From: a phage
Sequence record: PZ445436.1
Strand: one strand, 5' to 3'
DNA: 64,000 nt
The notes beneath the pieces were generated by a model. The model saw nothing but the letters and a program-made list of their open reading frames with translations. It had not been told where the DNA came from and did no database searches. Shown here piece after piece: positions 61,277-64,000 of this stretch (the first letter of the stretch is position 1; each line of letters starts with the position of its first letter). Both the position numbers and the translations under genes were made by a program.

Positions 61277-62432
61277 TTAACTGTTCGAGGTCAGTTTCTA
61301 AATCAGCAGCTGATTTACTTTTACTTTCTGGAGATTTAAATTTTTCAACCTTTGAGTTAATCAATTCATCAACTTCAGCTTCAACAATTTCATTGCTATC
61401 AATAGCACCTAACTGATAAGCACGTTTAATAGCATCTCGGAATGGTTGATGCTTAAATAAAGGACCCCAGAATGTAGTGCAGTTGGTATCTTTTGCACGC
61501 CAAGATTTTTCTTCGCGAATCATCTCACCGGTTTCTTCATCAAGAAATTCACGGGCATACCAGCCATTTTTAGGTTTTACTACAAATCCTAATTCTAGAG
61601 CCATATCTAACAATCCAGAATAAGGATCGATACCACCGTCAAATTTAACATCAATAAAGAATTTACTTTTTTCTTTAACGGTACGAGATTTTTCTACATT
61701 TAGAACAAATTGATACCCCTGAAGATCAGAACCATCTTTAATCTGGCGTTTACCGATAATGAATACGGTATCAGCCGAATACATTACGCCTGTACCACCT
61801 GTCATCACGGTTTTACTAAACATTTCAATTGTTTCAATTGTATGGTTAACCGCAACGCACGGAATATTTTTAATGCTAAAATAAGGAGTAACAATACGGA
61901 ATAATGACTTCAGTGATTTAGCACGAGTCATATCTGCCACAGATTTTTCATTCAAGGCATCTTCCGTTTCTTTCTTAGAAGCCATATTACCGATTGAGTC
62001 GATGAATACAATAACCTTTTCACCACGCTCAATAGCTTCAAGCTGGTTCACCATATCAATTTTCAGCTGTTCAACTGACTGGATTGGCGTATGAATTACT
62101 CGTTCCGGGTCAACTCCCATGGATCGCAAATAAGCTGGAGTAATACCAAATTCGCTATCATAGAATAGACAAACCGCGTCAGGATATTTGTTCAAATATG
62201 CCGCAACCATAGTCAAAGACATATTTGATTTAAAGTGTTTAGAAGGCCCTGCGAAAATAGTTAAACCAGACTGCATACCGCCATCAATCGCACCAGAAAT
62301 AGCAATATTAAGCATTGGGATTTTTGTACGGATTACATCCTTTTCATTAAAGAATTTAGATGTAGTCAGTTCAGCAGTCATTTTAGAAGTGGAAGCTTTA
62401 ATCAAACGGGATTTTAAATCTGCAATAGACAT
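61251..62432 (-). CDS. uvsX: UvsX recombinase (RecA/Rad51 family)
   Basis: 393 aa; Walker A GPSKHFKS; acidic C-terminus. Confidence 0.9.
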   Translation of the reverse strand: MSIADLKSRLIKASTSKMTAELTTSKFFNEKDVIRTKIPMLNIAISGAIDGGMQSGLTIFAGPSKHFKSNMSLTMVAAYLNKYPDAVCLFYDSEFGITPAYLRSMGVDPERVIHTPIQSVEQLKIDMVNQLEAIERGEKVIVFIDSIGNMASKKETEDALNEKSVADMTRAKSLKSLFRIVTPYFSIKNIPCVAVNHTIETIEMFSKTVMTGGTGVMYSADTVFIIGKRQIKDGSDLQGYQFVLNVEKSRTVKEKSKFFIDVKFDGGIDPYSGLLDMALELGFVVKPKNGWYAREFLDEETGEMIREEKSWRAKDTNCTTFWGPLFKHQPFRDAIKRAYQLGAIDSNEIVEAEVDELINSKVEKFKSPESKSKSAADLETDLEQLSDMEEFNE

Positions 62433-62509
62433 TCATTTTTTCCATAGGCATCATTATATTTTCCTCACTGGTTAAAGATAGAGTAATTATAACACAATAA
62501 ATTTAGGCA

Positions 62510-63358
62510 TTAATCAACTGCTATTGGATGAATAGCATTAAACTTATGAAATGCTTCTGATTTTTCTTTACGCGAAACACACATGCGAAGAACCTTTAGT
62601 GGTTCGTCTTCTTCACCCAACGATTTTCGTTTTTCAATATTAGAAGTTTTCCAACGAGCTTGCTCTGGAAACTCTCTATTGATTTGCTCAAGCGCTCTAT
62701 TATGTTTAGAATTACTACGAATTGAGCTGCACCCGCCAGGAGCTTGTGCTTTTCCAGATACAACCAGATATTTGAACAAGGCCAAATGCGGATAACCTTG
62801 ATTAATTAAATTGAGAAATGCATACATATCTTCGCATAAATCAATTTTTCCATACCCAATTTGTTCTGTCGTAAGTTTTCCGAGGTCATACCATGTATTC
62901 GTGAATCCGTATGAATTTTCACGATAATTACCCCAAGATGAAGTAATTTTAAAAATAGGTAGACGAGCATGGCCATGATAATACCCGCAATCCATGGCAT
63001 CTTCAACGTATTGAATCAATTCATAGAACTGTTCACGAGTTAATTGATTAACTTTATCTACGCAGCGACGATCATCTCTCTTTCGCATTGAACTCATACG
63101 AATAGTAGTATCATCGTCAATCATCCAGATTCGTTGACCTGCATACATATCAGTAATTGCTTTACGAGTACCGGCAATTCCGTTTACATCATCAGGAATA
63201 GTTATAATTTTAGCTCTAGACCCATAAGCATCATAATAAGCTTTTTCTTCGTGTTCACGCACTACAATATGCGGTTCATAATCAGTCGGAAACATATCAA
63301 GGGCAGAAACTGCCCCGACACGTTGATAACTTGGAATTACGAATTGAATCATTTCCAC
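62510..63358 (-). CDS. putative GT-A glycosyltransferase (candidate HMC-DNA glucosyltransferase)
   Basis: 282 aa between uvsX and 42 where T4 has beta-gt; DxD-type motif RIWMIDDDTTI; does not resemble T4 beta-gt as recalled. Confidence 0.45.
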   Translation of the reverse strand: MEMIQFVIPSYQRVGAVSALDMFPTDYEPHIVVREHEEKAYYDAYGSRAKIITIPDDVNGIAGTRKAITDMYAGQRIWMIDDDTTIRMSSMRKRDDRRCVDKVNQLTREQFYELIQYVEDAMDCGYYHGHARLPIFKITSSWGNYRENSYGFTNTWYDLGKLTTEQIGYGKIDLCEDMYAFLNLINQGYPHLALFKYLVVSGKAQAPGGCSSIRSNSKHNRALEQINREFPEQARWKTSNIEKRKSLGEEDEPLKVLRMCVSRKEKSEAFHKFNAIHPIAVD

Positions 63359-64000
63359 TCACCTTTATAGTCTTTTTTCACAATATGAGTTTCGCCAGTA
63401 TTCCACCAATGATCAACCAAATAAAAATGACGAGAATATACATGAAGACTTCCAACATTCCATATAATAGAACCTGCTTTATACTGACGAGTTGAATCGC
63501 CTGCATTCAAATCAGATACTAATTTATCTAATACGTATTTTTGCCATGCATAATCATTACGGAATCCGAAGACCACGTCATTTGAGCGCATGTTAACAAC
63601 TGCATTAATTTTCTTGTCACGAATCAGATACTGTACGGTATTCGTACACATGAAATCTGACATGCCATCTTTATTGTAGTCAAACTGCATAGATGGACGA
63701 GTATAAATCATGATACCACGTCGAGAATCAGGATTTTGACCAAGTTCAGCTAAACACATATCATACTGGGCATAGTTATCTTCTGACCAAATAGCCCAGC
63801 CATAATTCGAGTTAATTTCGCCTTTAGAAGATGCTACCTGCTGCCAAATCTTTGGTGTTTCACCCGGAATATCTTTAACGAACAAACTCTTAGATTTATA
63901 CCATTCAAGTTCACGCTGAATGTATTCATCATTAAGAGCGCCAAAAATAAACGGTTCATCTGCTACAAATGATGCGCCAATAATTTCAATAGTTTTAACG
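63349..64000 (-). CDS. 42: dCMP hydroxymethylase gp42, C-terminal ~217 aa (start lies beyond window end)
   Basis: Frame stays open to window end (YKSKSLFVKDIPGE...); track ORF starts at a TTG, an artefact. Confidence 0.9.
   Translation of the reverse strand, partial: VKTIEIIGASFVADEPFIFGALNDEYIQRELEWYKSKSLFVKDIPGETPKIWQQVASSKGEINSNYGWAIWSEDNYAQYDMCLAELGQNPDSRRGIMIYTRPSMQFDYNKDGMSDFMCTNTVQYLIRDKKINAVVNMRSNDVVFGFRNDYAWQKYVLDKLVSDLNAGDSTRQYKAGSIIWNVGSLHVYSRHFYLVDHWWNTGETHIVKKDYKGEWK

Noticed and set aside
62188-62475. Plus-strand 95-aa ORF
   Set aside because: Antisense overlap with uvsX; no ribosome-binding site.
62433-62509. Possible middle promoter upstream of uvsX (TGCCTAA box plus TGTTATAAT)
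   Set aside because: MotA box deviates at two positions; too weak to call without experimental data.

Overview
This window reads as a contiguous segment of a T4-like (T-even, Tevenvirinae) Escherichia phage genome that spans the conventional T4 map origin. All calls rest on reading the six-frame track and the sequence and comparing with T4 proteins and signals from memory; no database search was run. Gene order is colinear with T4: minus-strand early/middle genes (30.x cluster, rIII, 31, cd, pseT, alc, 63/rnlA, denA, nrdB, nrdA, td, frd, 32, 59, 33, dsbA, rnh), then the plus-strand late tail-fibre operon (34, 35, 36, 37, 38) and holin t, then minus-strand again (asiA, arn-like, motA, 52, stp, ndd, denB, rIIB, rIIA, 39, dexA, dda, srd-like, modA, modB, soc, 56, 61, sp, dmd, 41, 40, uvsX, a glycosyltransferase, 42 partial). 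No rRNA, tRNA, CRISPR, transposon or integrase was seen. Regulatory signals are dense: about 18 T4 early-type promoters (GTTTAC, 17-18 bp spacer, TATAAT-like), MotA-box middle promoters, TATAAATA late promoters, CUUCGG-tetraloop hairpins and terminators, the gene 32 leader pseudoknot and the gene 38 split ribosome-binding site. I did not find an obvious complete new system. The most unexpected items are (i) a well-formed MotA-type middle promoter on the plus strand aimed antisense into modA/modB, (ii) a strongly Shine-Dalgarno-led 66-aa membrane-protein ORF on the opposite strand between genes 56 and 61, where I recall T4 carrying dam, (iii) a NADAR/YbiA-like ORF next to a HAD-like ORF at the window start, and (iv) several early promoters whose -10 hexamer sits inside an inverted repeat. 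Relative to T4 as I recall it, td and nrdB are uninterrupted (no group I introns), gene 39 is a single 606-aa ORF (no gene 60 split), and segF/69 and the 351-aa beta-gt are not present in recognisable form. Motif coordinates are hand-indexed and may be off by 1-2 nt.
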